A DNA stretch of 64,000 nt from Eledone cirrhosa (taxonomy: Eukaryota): positions 205,964,001 to 206,028,000 of the forward strand of contig OZ024742.1 in NCBI GenBank assembly GCA_964016885.1, in the 5' to 3' direction. This document shows, piece after piece, positions 1-12,690 of this stretch. The translations under genes were made by a program, and so were the position numbers. Within the stretch, counting starts at the first letter, position 1; the number at the start of each line of letters is the position of its first letter. The notes beneath the pieces are model-generated. The model was not told where the DNA came from, ran no database searches, and saw only the letters and a list, made by a program, of their open reading frames with translations.

Positions 1-1173
1 CCTGGAAACTTGCACGTTTACAAGACCCTTGACTCTATGGCTGATCCGGATGAAGTTGTTAATTACCCCACAGAATTTCTTAACTCCCTAGACCCTCCCG
101 GATTGCCACCACACTTACTGCGACTTAAGAAAGGTGCCTTGTCATACTCCTCAGGAATTTGGAACCCCGAAGGCTTTCCAACGGCATGCGTCTGGTCATC
201 CAAAAGGCGATGCCTCATGTTATTGAGGCAACAATACTTACAGGATGTAGTAAGAGAGATACTCTCTTCATACCAAGGATACCTCTCATTCCATCCAGTA
301 AAGACATTGCTTTCACATTCAGAAGGCTGCAATTCCCTCTTTGGCTCAGTTTCGCCATGTCAGACGCTGACGGTCATAGAAGAATCGTAGAAAAACCGTG
401 CTTCTCCCATGGTCAACTATATGTTGGCTGCTCTCGAGTGGGGAGCCGACATAACCTATTTGCTTTTGCAACTCGCGAGAAAACCCAAAAGTATTGTAGG
501 CACCCTCTCCGCCAACAAGTAATCGCTGTTTTTTTTGTATAAGTGCTTACATTTGCTGTATACGTGTGCTATTTTTGTCCCTTTGACAATACCATGTACA
601 CCTCTGAGGTTGCTGTGGCTATACGTTATAAATGTTAAATGTCTCCGTTTTCCACATTTATATGTTGCTATTACGCTTTCCTATCGATGTTCCATAGTTT
701 TAGCCTAATTAATCTACTTTTCCCTACATCTTATTTACACATTTTTTTGACATTCCAGCATGATCTTGCTAAGGCCGTTTTTGTGGCCACCGACTGTTAC
801 ATGCTTTTCTAGGTTACAATCTCAAATAACAAGCAAAGCAAATATGACACACCAAAGTGGTGTGAAGGACTTCTTAAGGGCCACCACCTCTAATCGGAGT
901 CGGCTTTGCTGGCAGCACCGCTGCTGAGACTTTTAAGAGTGAACAATCCAAGGCTCTCTTCAGGGCCACCAACTTTAAATTGTTACCATCGGATTCGTCT
1001 TTGCTGGCAGCACCGACGCAGAGACATTTCAAAATGAACGTTCAAAGACCCTCTTTAGGGCCAACACCTATAAATTGTTACTTCTATAGTCGTGTTTAAT
1101 GGAAGTCTTTTGGTTCATTTGAACGACTACTCCATTGAGAGTTATACCGGTCAACGCCGGGTACCTCTGCTAG
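1..1173 (+). mobile_element. Helitron 3' portion (frameshifted PIF1-type helicase C-terminus plus 3' terminus)
   Basis: ORFs 10..390 and 159..542 join to give [25 protein letters not shown]...NGMRL...FIPRIPL...FRRLQFPL...FSHGQLYVGCSRV, the Helitron helicase C-terminus. Subterminal hairpin CCGG-TCAACG-CCGG at 1147-1160, then CTAG at 1170-1173 followed by T. Confidence 0.93.
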
Positions 1174-3199
1174 TTTTATATAAATTGACTATACACTGAT
1201 TATTACAGTCAAGCTTTAACATTCTTTAAAAACAACAATTATCTGCAAAGCCTTGACTACACATACTCCTTCTTTCCTCTGTTTTCATTCAAAACACTAA
1301 CTATATATTGCCATTTAATTTTTAGTCAATTTAAACTTCAGAATTTACTCTTGTCCTTCATAAAAATTCATTAACACTAACGATTCTTTTTTTCATTAAG
1401 GGTGTAATTTCAATAGATAAACACAATTCTGTTTTAGCACACTACTTTAAGTATGTTAGCTTCCATTCAACTTAATATACAAGAGCTCAAACTGAACATA
1501 AGCCACATTAATCTTACACATTTATACAATCTTTCTGTTAAGTGAGGCTTGAAAAAGTTATTGATACCTTAGACTAATAAAACAAAACCTCTATAAATTA
1601 TTACTGGGGTTGAGATGGGATACTAACAAAACATTGAAAAACACAAATAAAAGGTAATAAAAGGATGATGATGATGATGGTGGTGGTGGCAAGGTAGTGA
1701 ATTAGGAGGAAGTAGATGCTATTTTTATACATTGTTAATTTTTCTCATCTATAAAGTAATTGACTCATCAATTGATTAACTCCTGAAATAAATTTGGTAA
1801 ATGGTTGTTTTAAATTGAAAATTAACTGCCAGATTTTAACATATTGCTATAAATAAATCTATTCAGAATTGCATGTTAAGTTAAATATCTCGATTTCAAT
1901 GTAGGTAAAAGGAAAAATTACATAAAGAATATCAAACAAACAAAATCACCACCTGTACAACCACCAACTAATCACCATGCCAGCACCACCACCACTACCA
2001 CCTATTAAACTTAAACATTTCCAGTTTAGGATTGAAAGGCTGCAATCCAAAGAAAACTAGTATTTGAAAAAATTCACAATTAAGTCTTGCTAATGAATAA
2101 AATATTTCTTAGTATTTTCATTCATATGTTACATTCAATTGAAATTAACCTTGATATACAATTTTAAATTACTGATATTTGAAAGAAATTAACTTCTTGA
2201 TAAGATGTTGCAGTAATAAGTCTTAGAAAATATTTCAACTTGTTCATGCTAAAGGAAAGGATTTTCAAAGAGACACTAAAAAAAAAATGGAAATTTTTAA
2301 GACTTGTGCACAAATACTTAATGTAAGTGTAGTGTAATTAATTTCAACTAAATATGTGAAACAATTATAATGAAATTAATTATTTCTCTTTTTCAGTCAT
2401 GGTACAGTGGCTAAGCTGGAGCATCACTTTCAAATGTTTTAGTTGATCAGCAACTCCAGCATTTATTTCAGTCTGGTACTTATTTGTTAAACTGCTAAGT
2501 TATAGGATATATATATATTGTTTTACTCTTTAGTTAGGGAGAGAGTGCCAGTCTCCATGACCGTTCTCAGGCTTTCTAACATTGGTTGAAAATAGGGAAG
2601 AAGAAATGCATCCTAAAATGCGAGATGTGGCTTCAATGCTTGCAACAGAGTGGACACACAAGGGCCAAGTGGTGGTGTTAGATAGTGTGAGAGATTAAGT
2701 CTATTACCTGAATAAGCCACATTGGGATTTGAACTTCAGAATATAAAAAACAGAAAAAAATATTGCAAAGTATCTTGTCTGATACTAGCAACTTTATAAA
2801 TCTGCTTGCTTTGGACTGGTGCTTTATTTTATCAACTCTCTCAAAAGAATAAAGGGCAAAGTTGAGTTTGGAAGGATTTGAACTCAGAGTACAGAGGATT
2901 GGAACAAATACTGCAAAGCATTTTGTTGTACACTCTAATGACTCTTTCAATTTGGCACAAATTTATCTCATAAAGGGACAAATCATAAACAACTTAATTA
3001 TTTTTTATAGTTGTTGTTTTCTTCTACATACAACTTTATTTCATAGATATATGACAAATCGTTTGCAATTCTTTCAGAATGAAAATATAAACAGAGCATA
3101 TAAATAAATTTACAGTAGAATAACAACAAATATGTTTTAAATATATACATAAATAACATTACAAATGCTTAGATAACATCATAAATAGCTCGCGATTCT

Positions 3200-4030
3200 T
3201 TCAGAAAGATATATTCCTTTAATGTTACAATATTAAAGAAAATGTAAAGGAAGGGGTGAACAACGGAGCCAACACCAGAACAAAAGACAGCAACGTTGCG
3301 AGTACTGGGTACCCTCTCTAATGAATTTTGAGGCAAGCCAGCACACTTGCAGCGTTGCCTTGGGTGAAACAGCCAAGCACCCTCGCGAGATTCGCCAGTC
3401 ACCTCTATAAGGCGAGTCGCCAGTGAAGAGAGGAACTTCACAGTCAGTGGCCTGATCCCCCAAACGTCTCGAAAGCCACAGGCTGAAAAATGTAGTTGGC
3501 CGACAGATCAGATTATTTGAGGGTCTTACTCTGTTCAGCTGCAGAAGCTGTGGCTCTCATCCTAACCGCAGCATCCAGGATGTGGGAAAGAGCAAAAGAG
3601 TCACTAACACTGACGTCCCAGACAAGGCACCTGCCTCTCGACCAGGGGTACAAGATAAGACCATCAGGTCTTTTGCCATCACTTCTGGACCACCCAGATG
3701 GTTCCAAGACTGAGGGGATATTCGCCTGGGCCAAAGCTCTCTTCAGAATGAGGTTTAGCCCCGTGTGATGCTCGAAGCGGCCGGCATTCAGGCGGCAAGA
3801 AAGACCGTGGAGGCCTGTGGAGTCAAGGAGTTTGCCACATCGGCACCTCAAACCCATGCAGGCTTCAGCTCCCACTCTGAGGGCGATGGAGACACAAAGT
3901 TTGTCCAGGCTGAGTAGGCCACCAACGTTGGCCACGGGTAGGGCATCGACTCAGTTGCCTGAGTATTTGGCGGTGGCAGATAGTAAGTGGCACCTTGAAA
4001 ACTGATCTGACTGATTTTTTAGACTGGCAG
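3200..4030 (-). mobile_element. CRE-clade non-LTR retrotransposon 3' fragment (zinc knuckle plus restriction-like endonuclease), degenerate
   Basis: ORF 3513..3935 has CRCG...HGLSC...H and LEPSGWSRSDGKRPDG...WDVSVSD; continues after a stop with YIFQPVAFETFG. Boundaries approximate. Confidence 0.8.
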
Positions 4031-4639
4031 AAACATAAACTTGGACACAGTCAAACATATATTTATATGTGATGGGCTTTCACAGGCTCTCTGCCTGCCA
4101 AATTCCACTCACAGAGTATTGGTAAACCTAACTTTATAGTACAAGACATTTGCCCAAGGTGCTATGCAGTGGGATTGATCTTGAAATCAAGTGGGTGTGA
4201 AGTGATTCTCTTAAACACACAACCATACTTGCATATTTCAAATGCATATTTAGATTGTGTAATATTCTTGGTTTTCTGATATATAAGAGTAATGTTGTTG
4301 TTTAATTCCAGGTCAGCTCTGATTGAGCAGTCCTATGGTTAGGAGTGTTCCAGCTGCGACAATCTCATATTTCTATGAGTATCAAAGATTACATTTAATG
4401 AGTCTATGAGTATCAAATAGTATGCTATCTAATGTATCCTTCCTTTTGCTATTTAGTGATACAATGATTTGAGTGAGGTTTGGTTGCAGGTTGCGTAGCC
4501 ATATAGAGGTTCACACATTGGTGATGTATATATTAGATGGCTACAAACGGAAATCAAACTAGAGAGTGCTGGCACAATTGTGTGGTTAAGAAGTTCACTT
4601 TGCAATTATATAGTTTAAGGCACTGCACCTTCTACCATA

Positions 4640-4885
4640 GACCTAAGTTGACCAAAGTCTTCTCTTCTTCTTTGTCCAATTATTTCTATGGAGGCCTGTG
4701 GGGCAAAGTCCTCCAACGGGTCCTGTCAGAAACAACCATCTCCAACTGATCTGGCTGAATCCCCAAGTGTGACCGACCAAGCTCATGGATATTATCCAAT
4801 CATTTGCTTGAGGTCTACCCCTGGGTCTCCTACCAGTTGATTTTGCCTGTAAAATCTGCCCAGCGATTCTTTCCTGAGACATTCT
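4640..4885 (-). mobile_element. RTE-clade LINE 3' fragment
   Basis: MSQERIAGQILQAKSTGRRPRGRP motif; similar to the copy at 23930-24220. Confidence 0.75.
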
Positions 4886-6769
4886 AACTCAAAGTCTTCA
4901 GTGTGATATTTAGGAGGTGGAAACTGTTCTTGGATAGTATACTTAATCTGTCACTACTATCTGTTGCAAACATTCACATCAGGTTTCCAGGTATAGGACA
5001 ATGTCTTTCCACTTGTCTTGGAAACTATTGATAAGTCATCCTCTTCTGACTAAACTGTTAAAATGAATAAATATGTGTTGCAGACTGAGTATGACAAGAG
5101 CCTAACTTAATTCTATAAAGTAAATATTAATAGCAGGCACTGAGAGAGGGATCTGTCAGTTAAACCAGTCACAGTACTTAAGAGGTACTTAGGTTATTGA
5201 TCCCAGAAGGTGAAGAGATGAAACTAAATAGTGAAAGGTTCTACTGATTCTCCTATCTTTCACCTTCAGTGAATATTAATAATATCATCCCATTGAATAA
5301 TATAAAGTTTTGACTGTTGACAGCGAATGACTTAAGATATATTTTTGAATAATCGAATGCAATCAAATAAGAATTTTGAAAATTAACATATGTATCTTTG
5401 CATTTTTAATTCTCCCTCTCTCTCTCTCTCCCTGGTTTTATTGATTCCAGCCATGATGGATCATCACCATTAGAATAATAATTCATATATCAGTTCCATA
5501 TATGCTGACCTGATTTCTCACTAAGGGACTGCCCATCTTACCTATGCTAGTGTGGAAAATGGACATTAAACGATGATGATAATGATATATATATTTTCCA
5601 TGTATTAACACGTGTCACTTTAAGTAACCAATATATCAGACTCAGTAATATTACCAAAAACTCTACACAGCTAATATATTTGTGTATAATTGAAACACTT
5701 TCCTTCGTAGACTCATGGCCTCCAAAGAAACCAACATTGATGTTAATCATACCTCATCATTAGCAGATAATGTTTATGGAAGTTTCTTATCTGGATTTTT
5801 TGTTTATTTTTGTATTTTTGTTTTAGTGATTTCTATTAATTTTATAACAGTAGTTATGGTCATGATATTGATCCTGGTTAGTTATTTTTGTTATAATCAT
5901 CTGCAAGAAATTGGACAATTTTAATAATTGGGGTGATTTTGGTGAATAGCAACTGTTGTAACAAGTCCAGATGTTAATTCATATGCAAATGAGCTAATTG
6001 GCATATATTAGTTTAATTTTAACTGGTTCTGCAATGTGTTGCTCCTTGCAAGTTTTTACAAAACTCTATGGCTTATAGCACCTCTGAGTGGTAGCTAGTT
6101 ATTTAATGTTATTTGAATATTTCTATTGTTTTTGACAATTACTCTGTAGCACACTTTATTATAGGTGTTAGAACCTCCGATAGAATGTTTTGCTCTCTAA
6201 GTTCAAATCTAACCAGGATCAACTTTGCCTTTCATCCATTTGAGGTCAACAAAAAAGTACCAATCAACCTCTGAAAGAAATCTTCTATATTCAAACTTCC
6301 TGGAGAGGATTGGTTTCCACCAGGTTTAAAAAATGATCTAGAAATACTCTATGTCAATATGGCACCCATATGACTCCCTCAGAAGTTATGGGGCCATGCA
6401 TACACTCTTTACTATCTAGTCAAAAAGGCCACAGTACTCAAAGAGTTAATAGTGATACACAAACATATAAGATTTCCATGATAACATATGAGAGTTGTTG
6501 ACATATAAACAAGCTGTGTTAACAAGATTTTATAAGTTGAAAGGTTCATAGGAAAAAATGTATAAATGCCAAAACTTATATACACACAATGCCAAAACAT
6601 ATATACGCACAAAGTTTACATGTTTTAAATTTTTGGCATCAATTGCAAATTTGTGTTTAATGATATCTTATTTCGATGCCTTCAAGGCCTATTTTTCAAA
6701 TATTAATCTACCTAATTCATCTCTGGCCAAATGAAGCCTTTGCTATCATTCTTTACTAACATGTTTTAA

Positions 6770-7106
6770 CCCTTTCATGACCATATTCCTAATGAAACAA
6801 ACTATATTTCAATCCATTAATGATGAATTTGAGGGATGGTGTTTTGTTTACTCTTTCTTTATCATATTTCAAATTAAAGTCAATGTCTATGATTTTAAAA
6901 TAATTAAAAAAATAATCAAGAATTTGGAAGGATTTAGTAATATAACTAACTTTCTCATTATTGAACTGGTGCTTGGAACATAATATGATAAAGGTTCTTA
7001 CATTAAATTATGATGGAAGGTTTTTAAATAAGTATAAACACTTTAAAATAAACAGCTTAGTATTGTAGAACCAGGGCAAGTTTTAAGTGATTTGGTATCA
7101 AAGGTG
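6770..7106. mobile_element. piggyBac-type MITE, degenerate
   Basis: TTAA-CCCTTTCATGACCA at the left and TGGTATCAAAGGTG-TTAA at the right; related ends near 8845-8865 and 49015-49250. Confidence 0.55.
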
Positions 7107-9439
7107 TTAAATTTGGCTGGCTTTCTGCTTATTTCACTTAATCTGATTTTCATCGACTTTTAGACAAACATGGTTTTCAGTATTCTCTTTAATATGCATT
7201 TTTATTTTGCAGATACTTTTGAGTGGAACTCTAATATCTATTTCAACTCAACTGCTACGCTCACCAAACTAATAAAGGATTCTATATATAAAAATGTTGT
7301 CAGGATTTTATATATATTTCATTTCATATACATCACACTGGTGGTGTGGTTTTGTTGGCAATAATCAGTTCCATCAAATTTAGATGGATAAAGTTAGTGT
7401 GTTGTGAGGAGAAGAGAATGTTAATTTTTCCAGAATGGCTTTTGCTTGGAGAACGTAATATGTTCAATGGCTGTTCTTGAAAACAAATAATGTGACCACA
7501 TTTATCCTCTAAAGTGTATGGATATACCTTGTAATAACATAAGAAAAGTTAGCCTAGTGTAGCCCACCTTTCTTTAGGCTATTGGTTACAGGGGGATACA
7601 TTTAAATGAAATGGTTCAACAAAACTGAACTTATACTAAAGACTCACTTGACAGGTTACTTATACCACCATCATATACTTATACATATACCATCATAAAC
7701 ACCATGTGTTTATGACACTCACCCACTCCACACAGTAATGCTTCTGAAAATAGTGTTGATAAATTCAGGTAGTTTTCATTTAAATAAGTATTTTTATAAG
7801 TAGATAGAAGTAGATAGGTATTTTTGAGCTAACAGTTATCATAATTAAGAAGATTGAAACATGTTTTGTGAGCGAAGGGAAAATTTTCAATTATAGTCTT
7901 TCAAATTGGAAATTATAGCTTTAATGTGTAAAGGAGAAGAAAGGAATTTTTAAATAAACGACCATTACAATTTCAACAGTGTAGTCTTAATAGGTTGACA
8001 ATATCAATAAATTTCAGATTATACTATAGAATCAATAATCAGGAAAAAATTTACAAAATAACAGTAAATGATAAATAGATTGAAAAAAAAAAGGGAATTG
8101 TATGAAATGACCAAGTAAACAATCTTTAAGTTCAATAAACTGATGTAATTAGAACAAATATCAAATATTCAAGTTTCCTTTCAAGACTATTTACTATCTC
8201 TCTAAGTTGACAAAATCTGAAATAACTAGAGTGCAATATGATATCTTGAGTATAATTATATTTAAAGAGGTATATTATGCTTTTATTTACTAAAAAAAAA
8301 AAAAAAGAATCAAAAACAGAAATATCTCTGAATCTGAAATTTCTTTCTTATTTTTCATTGAAAAATTATGTAACTGAAAATAAATCAAGCTAAACAGAAT
8401 ACATTAAAATAATGTTAGTGCCAAGTTGTGTAATGTAAATACTTGAGATACAAGATATGTTTTTATTTCACAATTACATAGATGTGTAGGCGTGGCTGAG
8501 TAGTTAAGAAGTTCTCTTCACAACTATATGGCTTTGGGTTTAATCCTACTGCATTCAATTTTGAGCATATGGCTTTTAAGATGAGCTTAGAACTCAAGAC
8601 AATTTTAATTATGTTTTATAATATTGATATTAATCTGCCATCATTGTAACTATTTTATGACTGTATTTCAATTAATTAAGAATTCAGAGTGATTTATTAA
8701 AATTATTAACTGTTCTGTTATTAAGATGGTATTTTTAACATACCACATAGTTCTTATATAAAATCATGCCGGAAGATTTTAATTTAAATGTGAACACTTT
8801 TAAATGAGTAGTTTGGTTTAATAGAACCAAAGTGGTTTGGGGAAGGTTGGTATCAAAATGGTTAAATGCTAACATCTCTTTGATATATACATTTATGAGA
8901 GATCCATGAAATGGATATAAACTATGGTTTCCTTGACAAGTCAATATGAAGTGCTTTGAACTACTCTTCATCTGTGGTTCAAGTGCCATATCCATATTCA
9001 CAATTGAATCTCTTCAAAGTTCTGGCACCTCACAAACCAAATACATAATACTTACAGAACCTTGTCTTTCTCTACATTTCACTTCCAATAAGAAATTATG
9101 TGAAAAAATTTTCTACATTCTTATTTTTTTTTAGCTATGACTACTTTCATGACAGTATGATTTAATCTAAACATTAGTAAGTAAATTCAGAGTTCTTGAT
9201 CAGGTAAGCATATATATATATTACATATGATACCAAAATAGAAGAAAGAATGAACAACATATATAACAAAAATGCCCAGTCTTCTCAGTTGTTATGTGCA
9301 CCAAGATGCTGAGAGACATGTCCACTTCATGCCAGCAAGGAAAAATGGATTCAAAATGATGTTGATGATGATGATAACATATTTTATATATATATATATA
9401 TATAATGTATGTTATCATCATCATATATATATATATGTG

Positions 9440-10250
9440 CTTTGCAGCCTTGCAGTACATCACTTCCTGCTTCGCAGAGGTTGCCCAGCTCTTTGGGTTG
9501 GAAGTCAGCCTGCACTTCAGGAAGAGTACCATCTCTCCCATATCCCCATTGGTGACCATCTCTCCCATATCCCCATTGGTGAGACTGAACTGAAAACAGT
9601 CCATCGGTTTACCTAGCAGAGTTTACAGAGCCATAGACCTTACCAGCCTTCTATATGGCTCAGAATTGTGGGTCACTTATTGCCATCACCTTTGACTCCT
9701 TAAGCACTTCCACTAGCACTGTCTCTGCATCATCCTCAACATCCACTGCTGTGACTTTATCACCAATGTTGAAGTCCTTGAATGGGCAAAGGTCACCAGC
9801 ATCGAGGCCATGCTGCTGAAGTCCCACCTACACTGGGCAAGTTTCATCTCCAGGATGAAGGACCATTGCCTGCCCAGGATCACACTGTATGGTGAACTTT
9901 CCAATGAGAATCATGGCAGGGGGTACCAAGGAAGCAATACAAGGACTGTTTAAAAGAATCCCTTGGTGCCTGTTACATCGACCATCCCTAGCTGAGAACC
10001 GTGACTCCTGGCATCTCACCATCAACCATGCTGTCTCCTCCTTAGAAAACACCTGAAGGGTTACTCTAAAGGACAAAGAGCACAGATGGAAGAATCAAAA
10101 CACCAAGTCATCATACCCTGACCAGACCTTCAGCTGCAGCCACTGCAGCTGTGCCTGCCTGTCCCACATTGGTCTGAACAGTCACGAGCGTGCTTGTTGT
10201 CGATGTGGACTGCCCCTTCTTAATCTATGGTCACAAGGCCAAGCCATGAT
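9440..10250 (+). mobile_element. RTE (BovB-like) LINE 3' fragment, degenerate
   Basis: Translates to ALQYITSCFAEVAQLFGLEVS, TNVEVLEWAKVTSIEAMLLKSHLHWA, and a C-terminal C2H2-like stretch; flanked by (TA)n; internal 27-bp tandem duplication near 9529-9582. Confidence 0.7.
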
Positions 10251-11444
10251 GGGATATATATATATATGTATATATTTCTTTCATTTGGCAAACATTTGCA
10301 AACAATTTGATGATGTAGATAATTAAATTGGCAATTCATAAATAAAAAGTATTAAGAAAATGTTAATATTTGATATTTCTCAATAAAAAGTGAGAATTGC
10401 TTTTCAATTTTTATCATTACTTTATGACTGGTTTCTAGAAGCTTGAAGAATTTGTAGGTTTCTGTCTGTTATAGTGATAACTGGACACAAATTTTCTTTT
10501 AAAATATTATTATATAACTCATAATTTTTCTTTCATAATAGTTACAATATTTCATTTGAACTACTAAACATCAAAATTATTTCGATACAATTATTTGCTG
10601 TGACTTTGCCTGTCTAAAAGTTTATATCTAACACTTCCCCTAACTTCATTCCTAGAAGACTTTAAAAAGAAAAGTGTTAAAAATACTAAATTATTTGGTT
10701 TACCAGCTCTTTCTTTTTATTTTTTCTACATCAGAACAATTTCTAATTAGTTTATGAATCATTTAAAAGTTACTATGCAGCCTGAACGAAATAAACTTGT
10801 CTAATGTGTAAATGTCAATCAAACCAGGTTATATATTGAATAATACAGCAAGTAACAAATCAGATGGAATGCTGGTACATTACTCTAAGTTGCTGTGAAG
10901 TGTAAGTGTCATCAATATCAATGTGCTAGACATTACTAAAATAGAATGCGAACCTACCAAAAGTCAATAGGTGTTTATAGAAATTATGAGTCATCAGAAA
11001 ATGTATCATATCAATGTTGTTGAACATGAGTAGGATTATATTTCACAGCAAAATATTAAGGTTTCATGTTTCAGTAAATAAAAGGCTTGCTCTAAAATTA
11101 TAGGAAATGTTTGAGAGATTTACTGCAAAAGGGAACCGCCTACAGTTTCCCGCCTCTGGTAATCATTCAGATGGAAGGAATATATTTTTTTAAACGTTTT
11201 TTACTAGAAATATTTATTTCCTGGTTATATTTGCAAATTCTATCAATTCTCTTTAGAATATATTTTCAACAACAGCATGCAGAAATTAACAGTCAGACAC
11301 AAGGTGCAGATAGAGATATAGACTTTATCAAAATGGTGTCATCAAAATTATTTTAAAAGCAGATTTTGCATCTCACAGACAAGTCACCCAATTACAACAG
11401 GTGACCTTTTATCATATATTTCTTCTTTAAATGTAAAGAATACC

Positions 11445-11995
11445 TACCTTCTTCTTTGCCCACTTGTTCCATAGAGGGTTGTTTGGGAAGAGTTCTCAAA
11501 CACTCCTTCCAGTGGCAACTGTCTCCATCTCCAAGTGAGACCAGCCAAGTTCATAGATGTTATCCAAGTATTGGTGCTGTGATCTCTCAATTTGGAGAAG
11601 TAGTGGCGCTACCTGGAGTGATTCTCTGATCTCTGAGTTACACCCTTTGGAGGAATCCCATTTTGGCGGCTTGTATTCACGATCGTATTCTTTCGATCAT
11701 TATCCAAGATTCATGACCCTAGGTAAGAGTTGGCACGAATACTGAATTAAAGATAGCAGGTTTGGCTTTTATACTTACCTCCCTTCTTCTAATTACAGAA
11801 TGCTGAAGCTGGTGCATTACTGAACTAGCTCCTGCAATTCTTGCAAATGTTGCACTTAATTCAACCTTCTGCCGTCCATCACTTGTGAACATGGTCCCAA
11901 GATACTTGAACTTCTCCACCTGCTTCAGTAGAACTCCATTCACATGTAGAGTGCACCACCCAGGCTTCCTTGACAGGATGAGCATCTTGGTTTTT
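11445..11995 (-). mobile_element. RTE-clade LINE fragment with internal deletion
   Basis: ORF 11719..11985 has LKQVEKFKYLGTMFTSDGRQ...IFNSVFVPTLT; 3' part resembles 23930-24220. Confidence 0.8.
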
Positions 11996-12469
11996 GTAGG
12001 AAAATTATTTATTTATTAAATAATAATTATTTCTTTATATAATTCATATAATTATCTTTTTATAGATGACAACACGACAAAATGCACCAAACCCACACTG
12101 TAAAGTGGTCATGCAGGTGTCATGACAAAAAGCACCCTGTACTCACTGTAAATGTGGTTGGTGTTATGAAGTACATCCAGCTGTAGAAGCCAAGCCAAAA
12201 TCAGTTCTGTATGAGCAAGACATGGTCACCTGACCTGGGATTTCTCATGCTAGCATGGGAAAATGGATGCTTGGAAACTAATATCTTCCAGATGATGGAT
12301 TTACTTGCATATTAACTGATGCCGGGGGATGAGAATTTTTGAAAGTTGATTACATTTGATGTGAACTGACTCAAAATCTAATCGAACTTATAACATTTTT
12401 TATTCTCAGCACTTCTGCTTTTGAATAAAGTTTCAAAATCCTCTTTCAATCAACAAGATCTCAGACTTC

Positions 12470-12690
12470 ATTCGTTTACTGAGTAGGATGGAACATGTCA
12501 AATTAGACCAAGGAAACAATGTTTCCATTAGTCTTTCCATTGCTGATACTATCTACTGGTCGCAACTCCTGACAGAAAGAGCAACGGGAAATAAAGTGTC
12601 TTGCATAACACACCACCCAGTCTAGGAATAAAACTTACAACCTTAAAATTGCATAATCTAATTCTTTAACCACTAAGCTATATGCCTTCA
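12470..12690 (-). mobile_element. tRNA-derived SINE
   Basis: Clearly similar to 47775-48002, including the GACCAAGGAAACAATGTTTCCATT(A/G)GTC hairpin and the reverse-complemented A-box TAACCACTAAGC. Confidence 0.65.

Noticed and set aside
920-1062. Minus-strand CTGAAGA / CTAAAGA in the Helitron repeats as hammerhead cores
   Set aside because: No correctly placed GAAA-stem III-UH and no stem I.
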